A stretch of 64,000 nt of DNA from Octopus sinensis. Taxonomy: Eukaryota. The DNA lies in NCBI RefSeq assembly GCF_006345805.1, contig NC_043020.1:6014001-6078000 (forward strand). Direction: 5' to 3'. Under the pieces are notes generated by a model. The model had not been told where the DNA came from. It saw only the letters and a list, made by a program, of their open reading frames with translations, and made no database searches. The first letter of the stretch is position 1; each line of letters begins with the position of its first letter. Positions 1-11,923 of the stretch are shown here, piece by piece. The position numbers and the translations under genes are program-made.

Positions 1-206
1 TACATCCATACATATATGTATATAGAGTGCATAGCTCAGATATCAAAGAGACTCTCCAGGTTAGGCCACTACTTCCCAATGGAGAGTTTCTCTATAACAG
101 ACGTGTTGTCATAATGTTGCATGAAGGAATCACAAGATGGATTCTTGAAGCTGAGCCAACAGACAGGAGACTGAGGGGTAGATCCAGACGAAATAGTTAG
201 AGAATA

Positions 207-578
207 GGCGCAGGAGTGGCTGTGTGGTAAGTAGCTTGCTAACCAACCACATGCGTGGTATCTTGGGCAAGTGTCTTCTGCTATAGCCCCGGGCCGACCA
301 ATGCCTTGTGAGTGGATTTGGTAGACGGAAACTGAAAGAAGCCTGTCGTATATATGTATATATATATATATATGTGTGTATGTGTGTGTGTTTGTCCCCC
401 TAGCATTGCTTGACAAACGATGCTGGTGTGTTTACGTCCCCGTCACTTAGCAGTTCGGCAAAAGAGACGGATAGAATAAGTACTGGGCTTACAAAGAATA
501 AGTCCCGGAGTCGATTTGCTCGACTAAAGGCGGTGCTCCAGCATGGCCGCAGTCATGTAAAAGAGTAAAAAGAGTAAG
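207..578 (+). mobile_element. tRNA-derived SINE family A (two halves joined by a TA/TG microsatellite, (AAAGAGT)n tail); probably one of the described octopus SINE families
   Basis: GGCGCAGGAGTGGCTGTGTGGTAAG head and CCTTGGGCAAGTGTC CORE-like start. More than 20 copies or fragments occur in the window. Confidence 0.8.
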
Positions 579-999
579 GGAGTCCGAATTTGGTTGTGCA
601 AGGGAATCCAGCCAGAAAGTCTAATGACAGTTTCTTCTGATAAGACCCTTTGAAAGAGGTGCCTGAGAACTCTAGCCCCATGACCCAGGAATAGTGGGCG
701 GAAAAGATGGATGGTAAAGTTACCCTTCTCAAGTCATGGTGACCCGTAAGGGTCAGTTTCCTGGTTTCCATGGCATATAAATTCCCCCCACCTGGACAGG
801 ACACTGGTCAGTAACAGGATCAACATGAAATGAGATGTTTTGCTCAAGAACACAATGTGTTGCCCGATCTGGGAATCGAAACCGCAATCTTATGATAATG
901 AGTCCAACACCCTAACCACTAAGCCATCCATCTCCACTAAAAGATGGATGGGTGAACAGATGGCTGAATCTGAGCTGTTTATTGACAGAGAAGACTTAC

Positions 1000-1081
1000 G
1001 GAGATTGTGCTTGCGGGCGATGTAACGAAGAATGGCGTTGCTCTGCGATATCTTGTTGTCACCATCAATATAGTAAGGGAG
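1000..1081 (-). CDS. GSTM: GST mu exon 4 ([27 protein letters not shown]+c); the gene continues beyond the left edge
   Basis: tctttcag| acceptor, |gtaagt donor, 82 bp. LPY and SNAIL motifs. I found no exon 5 in 1-999. Confidence 0.95.
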
Positions 1082-1140
1082 CTGAAAGAAGAGAATAAGG
1101 AAACAGTAAGGAGTGTATATATGTAAATATTAGACATGTT

Positions 1141-1528
1141 GGGGAAATCGAAATCGAAATTGAACCAATCCTATGATTGGCACCCGGCAGATGCCAGGAG
1201 CCCTGGACTGGTGGTACGTAAAAAGCACTATCCGAATCGTGGCCGATGCCAGCGCCGCCTCGACTAGCTTCCGTGCCGGTGGCACGTGAATTGCACCAAT
1301 CCGACCGTGGCTGTTGCCAGCCTCGCCTGGCACCTGTGCGGGTGGCACGTAAAAAGCACCCACTACACTCACGGAGTGGTTGGCGTTAGGAAGGGCATCC
1401 AGCTGTAGAAACTCTGCCAGATAAGACTGGAGCCTGGTGCAGCCTTCTGGCTTCCCAGATCCCCGGTCGAACCGTCCAACCCATGCTAGCATGGAAAGCG
1501 GCCGCTAAACAATGATGATGATGATGAT
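1141..1528 (+). mobile_element. Truncated RTE 3'-UTR copy with (GAT)n tail; further copies at about 2381-2625(-), 2685-2893(+), 22790-23070(-), 27281-27640(-), 38636-38940(-), 43580-43768(-), 49260-49620(-), 58555-58755(-)
   Basis: Shared GGTGGCACGTAAAAAGCACCC...GGAAGGGCATCCAGCTG...CCATGCTAGCATGGAAAG...GATGATG. Confidence 0.75.
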
Positions 1529-1835
1529 TAGTATGGGAGGGAGGGAGAGGGAGAGACAAGGGGTGTAGAATCATCTTGTGTGTATCAGTGTATGTAAGTG
1601 TATGCGATTGTGTGTGTGAGCATGTGTGTGCACCCGAGTCTGTGGGTGCAGGTGTGGCTGTGTGGTAAGAAGTTTGCTTCCTAATCACATGGTTCCGGGT
1701 TCAGTCCCACTCTGTGGCACCTTGGGCAAGTGTCTTCTACTATAGCTTCGGCCAACCAAAGCCTTGTGAGTGGATTTGGTAGACGGAAACTGAAAGAATC
1801 TTGTCATATATATATATATACATACTATGCTACAT

Positions 1836-2380
1836 GGCAGTGAAACATGGGCTGTGACAGCCAAGGATATGCATAGGTGTGAAAGAAATGAAGCCAGTAT
1901 GCTTCACTGGATGTGCAATGTCAGTGTGTATGTATGGCAGAGTGTAAACATCTTGAGAGAAAAGTTGGGCATAAGAGGCATCAGATGTTGTGTGCAAAAG
2001 AGATGACTGCACTGGTATGGTCGTGTGATATGTATGGACAAGAATAGCAGCGTAAAGTGCCGATCTCCAACTGTGGAGGGACCCTGTGGTAGAGGTAGAC
2101 CCAGGAAGACATGGGACGAGCTGGTGAGGCATGATCTTCAAACTTTGGGCCTCGTAGTAGCAATGACTCCTGAGCAAGACCTTTAGCAATATGATGTGCT
2201 TGAGAAGACCCAGGAAGTCAAGTGAAGTTGTAGTCATGGCTGATGGTGGTGTCACATATCTGGTCCCTTTCGAGTGTTGGGCCTGACGGAGGCAAAGTGG
2301 CTGTTACTGGTGTCATAGGAAAAGCTCCTTGCGAGTGTTGGGCCTTACAGAAGCAATGACGGAGAGACTTTTGGCATTCA
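1836..2380 (+). mobile_element. RTE-clade LINE 3' fragment (decayed ORF C-terminus plus start of the UTR)
   Basis: GSETWAVTAKDMHR...LHWYGRV...GRGRPRKTW..LVRHDL, with stop codons. Confidence 0.75.
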
Positions 2381-2930
2381 TCATCATCATCATTTAGCGG
2401 CCGCTTTCCATGCTAGCATGGGTTGGACGGTTCAACTGGGGTCTGGGAGGTCAGAAGGCTGCACCAGGCCCAGTCTGATCTGGCAATGTTTCTATGGCTG
2501 GATGCCCTTCCTAACGCCAACCACTCCATAAGTGTAGTGGGTGCTTTTACGTGCCACCGACACAGGTGCCAGACGAGGCTGGCAAACAGCCACGATTGGA
2601 TGGTGCTTTTTACGTGCCACCAGCACAAAGAAAATGTTCCATCAAGCCAAGTAAAATTGCAGTCGTGGCAGAAACTGGTGTCACACAGATGGCACCCGTG
2701 CCAGTGGCATGTAAAAGCACCCATTACACACTCAGGGTGGTTGGCATTAGGAAGGGTGACCAGCCATAGAAACCATACCAAATCAAACTGGAACCTGGTA
2801 CAGATCTGGTCAAACTGCCCAACCCATGCTAGCATGGACAACAGACATTAAATGGTGATGACAGCAATGATGATAATGATGATGATGATGATAAGCGTGT
2901 GGCAATACCAAAAGATGTAGATTCACTTAC

Positions 2931-2995
2931 ATTTGGGAAATCCAGACCAAAATCATGCTTCACACTATACCAACATTCACGGCTAAATTCAGGGC
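2931..2995 (-). CDS. GSTM: GST mu exon 3 (GPEFSRECWYSVKHDFGLDFPN), containing the mu-loop
   Basis: cag| acceptor and |gtaagt donor, 65 bp, phase continues from exon 2. GLDFPN motif. Confidence 0.95.
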
Positions 2996-3265
2996 CTGTG
3001 GTTGGTTAAAAAAAGGGAAAGGATTATTGTTTACAACAGATTAAAACAAAATGTCTTGGAAGATTTATTAAGAAAAACTCATAAAAACTAATATAACTAA
3101 TTATGCAAAGTGATTATATATGTTATACTACAAGTACTTGAGTACAAACTAAGTGGAGTGCACTGGTGACAGCCTCAACAGTACTCTACCGACTCAATCC
3201 CCCACACTCCCTAACCTCCTCTATTTTCAACAACAGAAACGTTATGTAGTGATGCTGGAACTTAC

Positions 3266-3341
3266 CATCTCCTTGTTCAAATAACTTTTCTGTATAATCT
3301 TCGGAGACATAACGGAGAAGCAGGCGAATAGGCTCAGCAAG
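3266..3341 (-). CDS. GSTM: GST mu exon 2 (LAEPIRLLLRYVSEDYTEKLFEQGD+g)
   Basis: Acceptor ttttttctttcag, donor gtaagt, 76 bp, branch-point-like TACTAAT upstream. LA.PIRLLL motif. Confidence 0.95.
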
Positions 3342-3387
3342 CTGAAAGAAAAAACAATTAGTATTTTATGCAAATGTTTATTATGTC

Positions 3388-3806
3388 TACTCTTCTACTC
3401 TTTTACTTGTTTCAGTCATTTGACTGCAGCCATGCTGGAGCACTGCCTTTAATCGAGCAAATCAACCCCGAGACTTATTCTTTTGTAAGCCCAGTACTTA
3501 TTTCCATCGGTCTCTTTTGCCGAACCGCTAAGTAATGGGGACATAAACACACCAGCATCGGTTGTCAAGCAATGCTAGGGGGACAAACACAGACACACAA
3601 ACATATACACACACATACATATACATATATATCTACATATATATGACAGGCTTCTTTCAGTTTCCGTCTACCAAATCCACTCACAAGGCATTGGTCGGCC
3701 CGGGGCTATAGCAGAAGACACTAGCCCAAGGTGCCACGCAGTGGGACTGAACCCGGAACCATGTGGTTGGTAAACAAGCTACTTACCACACAGCCACTCC
3801 TGCACC
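3388..3806 (-). mobile_element. Family A SINE ending ~47 bp from the GST exon 2 acceptor; other minus copies at about 6367-6805, 47525-47912, 51055-51430, 51950-52380
   Basis: Full reverse-complement match to the 207-578 copy. Confidence 0.85.
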
Positions 3807-3854
3807 TATGTCTGTGTAATTTGTAAAATCAACACCAATGGAAATTGTAGCTGT

Positions 3855-4405
3855 GATACCAGTGCCAGTGGCACGTAAGAGAACCATCCGAACGTGGCCG
3901 TTGCCAGCGCCGTCCCGACTGGCCTCCGTGCTGGTCGCACGTAAAAAGCACCATCCATGGCCGTTGCCAGCCTGGCCTGGCCTCCGTGCTGGTCGCACGT
4001 AAAAAGCACCATCCATGGCCGTTGCCAGCCTCGCCTGGCCTCCGTGCTGGTCGCACGTAAAAAGCACCATCCATGGCCGTTGCCAGCCTCGCCTGGCCTC
4101 CGTGCTGGTCGCACGTAAAAAGCACCATCCATGGCCGTTGCCAGCCTCGCCTGGCCTCCGTGCTGGTCGCACGTAAAAAGCACCATCCAATCGTGGCCGT
4201 TTGCCAGCCTCGCCTGGCACATAAAAAGCACTCACTACACTCTCGGAGTGGTTGGCATTAGGAAGAGCATCTTGCTGTAGAAACATTGCCAAATCAGACT
4301 GGGCCTAGTGCAGCCTTCTGGCTTCCCAGACCCCAGTTGAACCGTCCAACCCATGATAGCATGGAAAGCAGATGCTAAACGATGATGATGATGATGATGA
4401 TGATG
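3855..4405 (+). mobile_element. RTE 3'-UTR copy with an internal 58-bp tandem repeat (5 copies, 3921-4210)
   Basis: GGCCTCCGTGCTGGTCGCACGTAAAAAGCACCATCC... starts at 3921, 3979, 4037, 4095 and 4153. Confidence 0.85.
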
Positions 4406-4479
4406 ATATATGTGTATTTATCTGTATATGTATGATAGCTCAGGTGTGTATACACGTTTATGTGTGTGTTGTGAGAGTG

Positions 4480-4775
4480 CATGGCCTAGTTGTTAGGGAG
4501 TTGGACTCATGACTGCAAGATCGTGGTTTCAATTCCTAGACTGGGTGGTGTGTTGTGTTGTGTTCTTGAGCAAGACACTTCATCTCATGTTGCTCTGCCA
4601 CCACTTTGACACCTGATGCGTGGCACACTGTGCATCTGTTCAGATAATGTTGATTTGATGGAGAGGGTGAGATAACATGTGGCACAATCATTTGAGCACT
4701 ATAAACAAACCATTTGTGCAGGTCGTTCGACAACAGCCGAACACTCATACATTGTCTTGGAAGAGTCCATCGTAT
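4480..4775 (+). mobile_element. tRNA-derived SINE family C, CORE-like body plus tail X
   Basis: GGCCTAGTTGTTAGGG...GGTTTCAATTCC...TTCTTGAGCAAGACACTTCATCTC... Confidence 0.65.
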
Positions 4776-5940
4776 ATCATCATCATCATCATCATTTAAT
4801 GTCCATTGTCCATGCGAACATGGGTTGGACAGTCTGACCAGGGCTGGTAAACTGAGAGGCCACACTGAATTCCACTCTGATTTAACATGGTTTCTACAGT
4901 GGGATGCCCTTCCTAATGCCAACCACTCCAAGAGTGTAATGGGTGCTTTTACATACCTATTTCTTTACTACCCACAAGGGGCTAAACACAGAGGGGACAG
5001 ACAAGGACAGACATAGGTATTAAGTCGATTACATCGACCCCAGTTCGTAACTGGTACTTAATTTATCGACCCTGAAAGGATGAAAGGCAAAGTCGACCTC
5101 GACGGAATTTGAACTCACAACGTAACGGCAGATGAAATACCGCTAGGCATTTGGACCGGCCTGTTAACGTTTCTGCCAGGTCACCGTCTTCTGGCTTCCC
5201 AGACCCCAGGTCACCACCTGGGTGCTTTTACATACCACTGGCATGGGTCCCAGTTGTGTGACACCAGTATCTGCCATGGTTATGATTTCACTCGGCTTGA
5301 TGGGTCTTCCTCAAACACAACATGTTGCCAAAGGTCTCAGTCATATGCAATGCCTCTGTGAGGCCCAGCACTTAAAAGGTGCCATTTACATGCCACTGAC
5401 AAGGGCTACAACTCTCCCCCAGCTTCCTTCTACCGCTAGAGATCGGCGTCTACATCCATGGGCATCATATGACCATACCAATGCAGTCGTCTCTCTTGCA
5501 CACCACATCTGATGCCTCTTATGCCCAGCTTTTTTCTCAAGATGCCTACACTGTCGTACATACACACAGACATTACACATCCAGCAAAGCATACCAGCTT
5601 CATTTCTTACAAGCCTGTGCATGTCCTCAGCAGCCATGGCCCATGTTTCACTGCTATTTAGCATAGCTGTTCGCACACGGGCCTCATACAATTGACCTTT
5701 CACTTTGAGCGAGAGGCCCTTCATTTCCAACAGAGGTAGGAGCTCTCTGAACTTTGCCCAACCTATTCTTATTCTAGCTGCTATGCTCTTGGAGCATCCA
5801 CTCCTGCTATTGACATGGTCACCTAGGCAACGGAGGCTATCAACTACTTCTAGTTTTTCCCCCTGGCATTTGATGGAGTCTATTTTTCTGCACATTTTTG
5901 GTGTTAATCATACCTGTGCACCTTCCACACACAAAAACTA
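4776..5940 (-). mobile_element. RTE LINE 3' end (ORF C-terminus, 3' UTR and (GAT)n tail), interrupted by a SINE at 4958-5185
   Basis: LEVVDSLRCLGD...AARIRIGWAKFRELLPLL...SETWAM. The SINE is flanked by a 17-bp duplication GGGTGCTTTTACATACC (4941-4957 and 5220-5236). Confidence 0.75.
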
Positions 5941-7185
5941 GTTTCCCTGTTAACCTTCCTCTGATATTGCTGCACCTCTTATGTGTCCATAGCAATCACG
6001 AGTGCGGGTTGGTGAGAGGAAGAGCATCCAGCTGTAGAAAAATCTGCTTCAACAAGCTTTGTCTGACCCATGCAAGCATGGAAAAATGAACATTAAATGA
6101 TGATGATGATGATGATGTCTCCGTCTCCCCCCCGCCCCCGCCAGCATGGAGATATTCAGTGACATAAATAAATAAATTCTAAACAAGAAGAGAACGGTGT
6201 TGAAAATCAATGAGTTGGTGAGTTGGTGGCTTGGTAGTTGGTATGTTGTGTCTAGAAAGATGGTGGTGGTGGTGGTGAAGGAGGGCGGAGTGTTTTAATG
6301 TGTCACCCAAACTGGTTTCAGCAGGCTCAGTCAGTCAATGCATACAAACGCATATACATACATATCTCTCTTTCTCTTTTACTTGTTTCAGTCATTTGAC
6401 TGCGGCCATGCTGGAGCACCACCTTTAGTCGAGCAAATCGACCCCGGGACATATTCTTTGTAAGCCCAGTACTTATTCTATCGCTATCTTTTGCCGAACC
6501 GCTATGTGACGGGGAAGTAAACACACCAGCATCGGTTGTCAAGCAATGCTAGGGGGACAAACACAGACACACAAACCCACATATATATATATACATATAT
6601 ATATATGTAATACATACACACACATATATATATATATACATATATACGACAGGCTTCTTTCAATTTCCGTCTACCAAATCCACTCACAAGGCATTGGTCG
6701 GCCCAGGGCTATAGCAGAAGACACTTGCCCAAGATGCCACGCAGTGGGACTGAACCCGGAACCATGTGGTTGGTTAGCAAGCTACTTACCACACAGCCAC
6801 TTCTGCGACAATGTATATACAACTATACATACATGCACACATATACATACACACATATATATATAAATGCATATATAAACAAGACAGCACAAAAAACACC
6901 AACGTCCTCTCAACTATTAACCAGAGATGATTTTTAAAATGGGAATATCTGAAATAAACTCGACTGCTCTCACAAACAAGAATACCATAAATCCTCGAGT
7001 ATAGTCTGCCCTTGAGTATAATACGCAGGGGATTTTTAGGTGGGGCTGTACCTCTGAAAAACTTAAACCTTGTGTATAATACGCACGCCTTCTCTAACTT
7101 GAGTCATGGAGGTCTATATAACGTCCTTGGTTTGTAAAAATGTATATGGTAACGTCCTTTATTATTATTGTATATATCACCGTAA

Positions 7186-7490
7186 TCACCGTGACCGACC
7201 AGGCTATCAGATGTTGCTACACATCGCTGGTCACAATGCGCTTCACATTGTTTTAGCCTTCAAATGACACCACCCCGCTGGCTAAGCGAGCAGGCCAACA
7301 GAAGAAAGAGTGAGAGAAAGTTGTGGCAAAAGAGTACAGCAGGGATTGCCACCACCCCCTGCCGGAGCTTCGTGGAGCTTTTAGGTGTTTTCACTCAATA
7401 AACACTCACAACACCTGGTCTGGGAAATGAAACCGCGATCCTACGACCACGAGTCCGCTGCCCTAACCACTGGGCCATTGCGCCTCCACA
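7186..7490 (-). mobile_element. tRNA-derived SINE family C, body 2 plus tail Y
   Basis: Minus strand GGAGGCGCAATGGCCCAGTGGTTAGGG...CCCAGACC...GAAAACACCTAAAAGCTCCACG... Confidence 0.75.
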
Positions 7491-8054
7491 TTATTGTATA
7501 TATAACATACCGTATACAGGCTTACTAAGAATAAGTCCTGGGGTCAATTTGCTCAACTAAAGACAGTGCTCCAGCATGGCCGCAGTCAAATGACTGAAAC
7601 AAGTAAGAGAGTAAAGAGTAACTAAAACAGTTTGAGGCAATGCTCCAGCATGACCTTAGCTCAAAGACTCAAACAATTAAAAAAAAAAAATACAAATGAT
7701 AATTAATTACAATATTGCACTCAATGCTTTTAAAAATTATTACAAAGAACAAAAAAATTAAAAAAAGACTGTTTCTAAAATGTTAAAAGACTTGTTGCTT
7801 GCTTAAAAGCCTAGGGGTCCCGACACTAACCTGCTGTGGGTGTATGTGAAGGAGTCCCTATAAACTGCTTTGCTGGGAATGTCTATAACGCTGTTAAAAA
7901 CAGCTCGGTTCATAATTTGTACACACACACACAATCATTTTTCTCGTGGGAAATTTTGAGTAACTTTTAGATTTTTGCCACTGAAAGATATTTTTTAGAA
8001 AAAGGCTTTTTTGCTGACTCACACTATCTGCTTTCTCAAACACACAAATAATAA

Positions 8055-9562
8055 TCCTTTCTTCTATAGGGCACAAGGCCTGAAATTTGTGGGGAGGGGG
8101 ACAGTCGATCACACCGACCCCAGTACTCAACTGGTACTTGATTTATAGACCCCCGAAAGGATGAAAGGCAAAGTGTGACCTCGATGGAATTCGAACTCAG
8201 AACGTAGCGGCAGACGAAATACCTATTTCTTTACTACCCACAAGGGGATAAACACAGAGAGGACAAACAAGGACAGACAAACGGATTAAGTCGATTATAT
8301 CGACCCCAGTGCGTAACTGGTACTTGATTTATAGACCCTGAAAGGATGAAAGGCAAAGTTGACCTCAGCAGAATTTGAACTCAGAACGTAGCGGCAGAAA
8401 AAATACCTATTTCTTTACTACCCACAAGGGGATAAACACAGAGAGGACAAACAAGGACAGATAAACGGATTAAGTCGATTATATCGACCCCAGTGCGTAA
8501 CTGGTACTTGATTTATAGACCCTGAAAGGATGAAAGGCAAAGTTGACCTCAGCAGAATTTGAACTCAGAACGTAGCGGCAGAAAAAATACCTATTTCTTT
8601 ACTACCCACAAGGGGATAAACACAGAGAGGACAAACAAGGACAGACAAACGGATTAAGTCGATTATATCGACTCCAGTGCGTAACTGGTACTTGATTTAT
8701 AGACCCTGAAAGGATGAAAGGCAAAGTTGACCTCAGCAGAATTTGAACTCAGAACGTAGCGGCAGAAAAAATACCTATTTCTTTACTACCCACAAGGGGA
8801 TAAACACAGAGAGGACAAACAAGGACAGATAAACGGATTAAGTCGATTATATCGACCCCAGTGCGTAACAGGTACTTGATTTATAGACCCTGAAAGGATG
8901 AAAGGCAAAGTTGACCTCAACGGAATTCGAACTCAGAACATAGCGGCAGACGAAATACCTATTTCTTTACTACCCACAAGGGGATAAACACAGAGAGGAC
9001 AAACAAGGACAGACAAACGGATTAAGTCGATCACACCGACCCCAGTACTCAACTGGTACTTGATTTATAGACCTCCGAAAGGATGAAAGGCAAAGTTGAC
9101 CTCAACGGAATTCGAACTCAGAACGTAGCGGCAGAAAAAATACCTATTTCTTTACTACCCACAAGGGGATAAACACAGAGAGGACAAACAAGGACAGATA
9201 AACGGATTAAGTCGATTATATCGACCCCAGTGCGTAACTGGTACTTGATTTATAGACCCTGAAAGGATGAAAGGCAAAGTTGACCTCAGCAGAATTTGAA
9301 CTCAGAACATAGCGGCAGAAAAAATACCTATTTCTTTACTATCCACAAGGGGATAAACACAGAGAGGACAAACAAGGACAGATAAACGGATTAAGTCGAT
9401 TATATCGACCCCAGTGCGTAACTGGTACTTATTTAATCGACCCCGAAAGGGTGAAAGGCAAAGTCGACCTCGGCGGAATTTGAACTCAGAACGTAGCGGC
9501 AGACAAAATACCGCTAAGCATTTCATCCAGCGTGCTAACGATTCTACCAGTTTGCTGCCTTC
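8055..9562 (-). repeat. Head-to-tail array of family B (Deu/Nin-domain-like) SINE: seven 184-bp units plus one variant-tail unit
   Basis: Anchor ACCTATTTCTTTAC at 8221, 8405, 8589, 8773, 8957, 9142 and 9326. Only the rightmost unit keeps the tRNA head. Minus strand carries GCCTTTCATCCTTTCGGGGTCGAT. Confidence 0.9.
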
Positions 9563-9775
9563 AAACACACAAATAACAATAATGCTTTCTGCTATAGGCA
9601 CAATGCCTGAAATTTGGGAGGAGGGGGGGTAGTTGATTAGATAGACCCAAGTACCCAACTGGTACTTAATTTATCGACCCTGAAAGGATGAAAAGTAAAG
9701 TCGACCTCGGCGGAATTTGAACTCAGAACATAATCATTTTGACAGGCATGCTAATGATTCTACCAGCTCACTGCC

Positions 9776-9816
<41 letters not shown>

Positions 9817-9819
9817 CAA

Positions 9820-10242
9820 TTCTTTTTTATTGGCCACAAGGGCTGACACGCATGATTACATAAAGGGACAAGACAGGACGAAAGGTTACAAAGGGTTTTG
9901 CCGTTTTTGAAAAACATCAAGTAAAAATCTTTATAACAACTTATAAAATTCAACAATGAAAAACTCCCAAAAGGAGGAGACGTTTCGAAAGGTTCTTGGT
10001 GGAAAAACCTACAAAAGCCAACGGGAGCCTGGTCAAAAAAAGGGGTGTAGAGAGTCCCCTTTTTTTCTCCTTTTGTATTACCTTTTTGAAATCACAGGCG
10101 AAACCTGAGAACTGGTCCATTTATACAGGCCAGTCTCGCACAATTCACCCACCTTTCATAAAACTTGCTATCGGACAGCACTTTCCTCTCTAACCTCATC
10201 TTCCTTTTCAAGTGAAACTTGAAAAAGTTGATGAGGCCTTGA
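9820..10242 (-). mobile_element. Tx1/L1-like LINE 3' end
   Basis: GQGLINFFKFHLKRKMRLERKVLSDSKFYERWVNCARLACING...*, then a UTR ending GCCCTTGTGGCCAATAAAAAAGA next to (ATT)n. Confidence 0.55.
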
Positions 10243-10904
10243 CCAAAGAGGAAATGGTGGTGGTGGAAGTGTTATCATATACATGTTTTATTTTGGTATA
10301 AAAGATGGGCTACAGCAAATATTCTGCTCAATACCACAGATTTGCTTCTCAGTTGTTTGACCTTAACCAGATGAGCATGTCCCTTAGTGGCTGACAATAT
10401 GTGCATCTCTGATCACAAGCAGAAGTAGTGGGGGAGAATCATAGCCGTGTGTTGAGAGGGATTCTTTGGGGTTTGAATAATTCACCTGGAAACATTGATG
10501 CGTTGTTCAACATCCTTAAGCAACCTTTATTGAGGGAGCTTTTGAGCAAGGTCATGCACCATTTATCTTCATATAAGATCATGATGTCACACACATATGG
10601 TTGTGATGCATGTGCCTGGTGTACCTTTATCAGACGGGTAGTCATGATGGGTATACTGGGTTTTGTATATTTTACCCCAGTGTCACTTTGATGGCATGCA
10701 CTGCTCTTTCACTCAATAATAATAATAATGGCTTCAAATTTTGGCACAAGCCCAGCAATTTCAGGGGACCCAAAAAAGATGAAGGGCAAAGCTGACCTTA
10801 GCAGAATCTAACCCTAGAATGTTGAGATGGATGAAATACCGCTAAACATTTTGCCTGGCATGCTAACAATTCTACCAACTCATACCCTTAACAATAATAA
10901 ATGC

Positions 10905-11675
10905 AGTACCAGACAGTGGCTCTCATGTCTTCTGATCTTAACTGATTGGAAGTGTTATCATGTACATTGTTTTGTCTTGGTATAAAAGATGGGCTACAGC
11001 AAATATTCTGCTCAATACCACAGATTTGCTTGTCAACTGTTTGAGACCTTAACCAGTTGAGCATGTCCCTTAGTGGCTGACACTATGTGCATCTCTGATC
11101 ACAAGCAGAAGTAGTGGGGGAGCATCACAGCCATGTGTTGAGAGGGTTTCTTTGGGGTTTGAATAATTCACCTCTGGAAACATGGGTTCTTCGTTCAACA
11201 TCGTTAAACAACCCTTATTCAGGGACCTTTTGAGCGGGATGGGCTACTTGACATGAAGAAAATTCTAACTGGGCCCCACCTGCAAGGTCATGCGCTGTTT
11301 ATCTTGATATGAGATCACCATGTTGCGCACATGGTTGTGATATGGGCTACTTGACAAGAAGAAAATTCTAACTGGGCTCTACCTGCAAGGTCATGCGCTG
11401 TTTATCTTGATATGAGATCACCATGTCGTGCACGTATGGTTGTGATATGGGCTACTTGACAAGAAGAAAATTCTAACTGGGCCCCACCTGCAAGGTCATG
11501 CGCTGTTTATCTTGATATGAGATCACCATGTCGTGCACATATGGTTGTGATGCATGTGCCTGGTGTACCCTAATCAGACGGGTAGTTATGATGGGTATAC
11601 TGGGCTTCATATATTTTACCCCAGTGTCACTTTGATGGCATGCACTGCTCTCTCACTCAATAATAATAATAATAA
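10905..11675 (+). mobile_element. (AAT)n-tailed interspersed repeat with an internal ~104-bp triplication; deleted second copy at 10265-10720, tail fragment at 22743-22785(-)
   Basis: ATGGGCTACTTGAC unit at 11239, 11342 and 11447; ends GGCATGCACTGCTCTCTCACTC(AAT)n. Confidence 0.7.
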
Positions 11676-11889
11676 TCTTTTCTACTAAATACAAAAGCCC
11701 TGAAATTTTGTGGGAGGGGTTAAGTTGATTACATCGACCAAAGTATTTCACCGGTACTTGATTTATTGACCCTGAAAGGATGAAAGACAAAGTTGACCTC
11801 GACAGAATTTGAACTCAGAATGTAAAGACAGATGAAGTGCCGCTAAGCATTTTGCCTGGTGTGCTAACGATTCTGCCAGCTTGCTGCCC

Positions 11890-11923
<34 letters not shown>

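Noticed and set aside
8055-9562. CRISPR-like appearance of regular repeats
   Set aside because: Whole units are repeated with no unique spacers, the context is eukaryotic, and there are no cas genes.
9975-10000. GAAACGTC motif (minus strand) as a hammerhead
   Set aside because: No CUGANGA or stem II upstream; it lies within a LINE 3' UTR.
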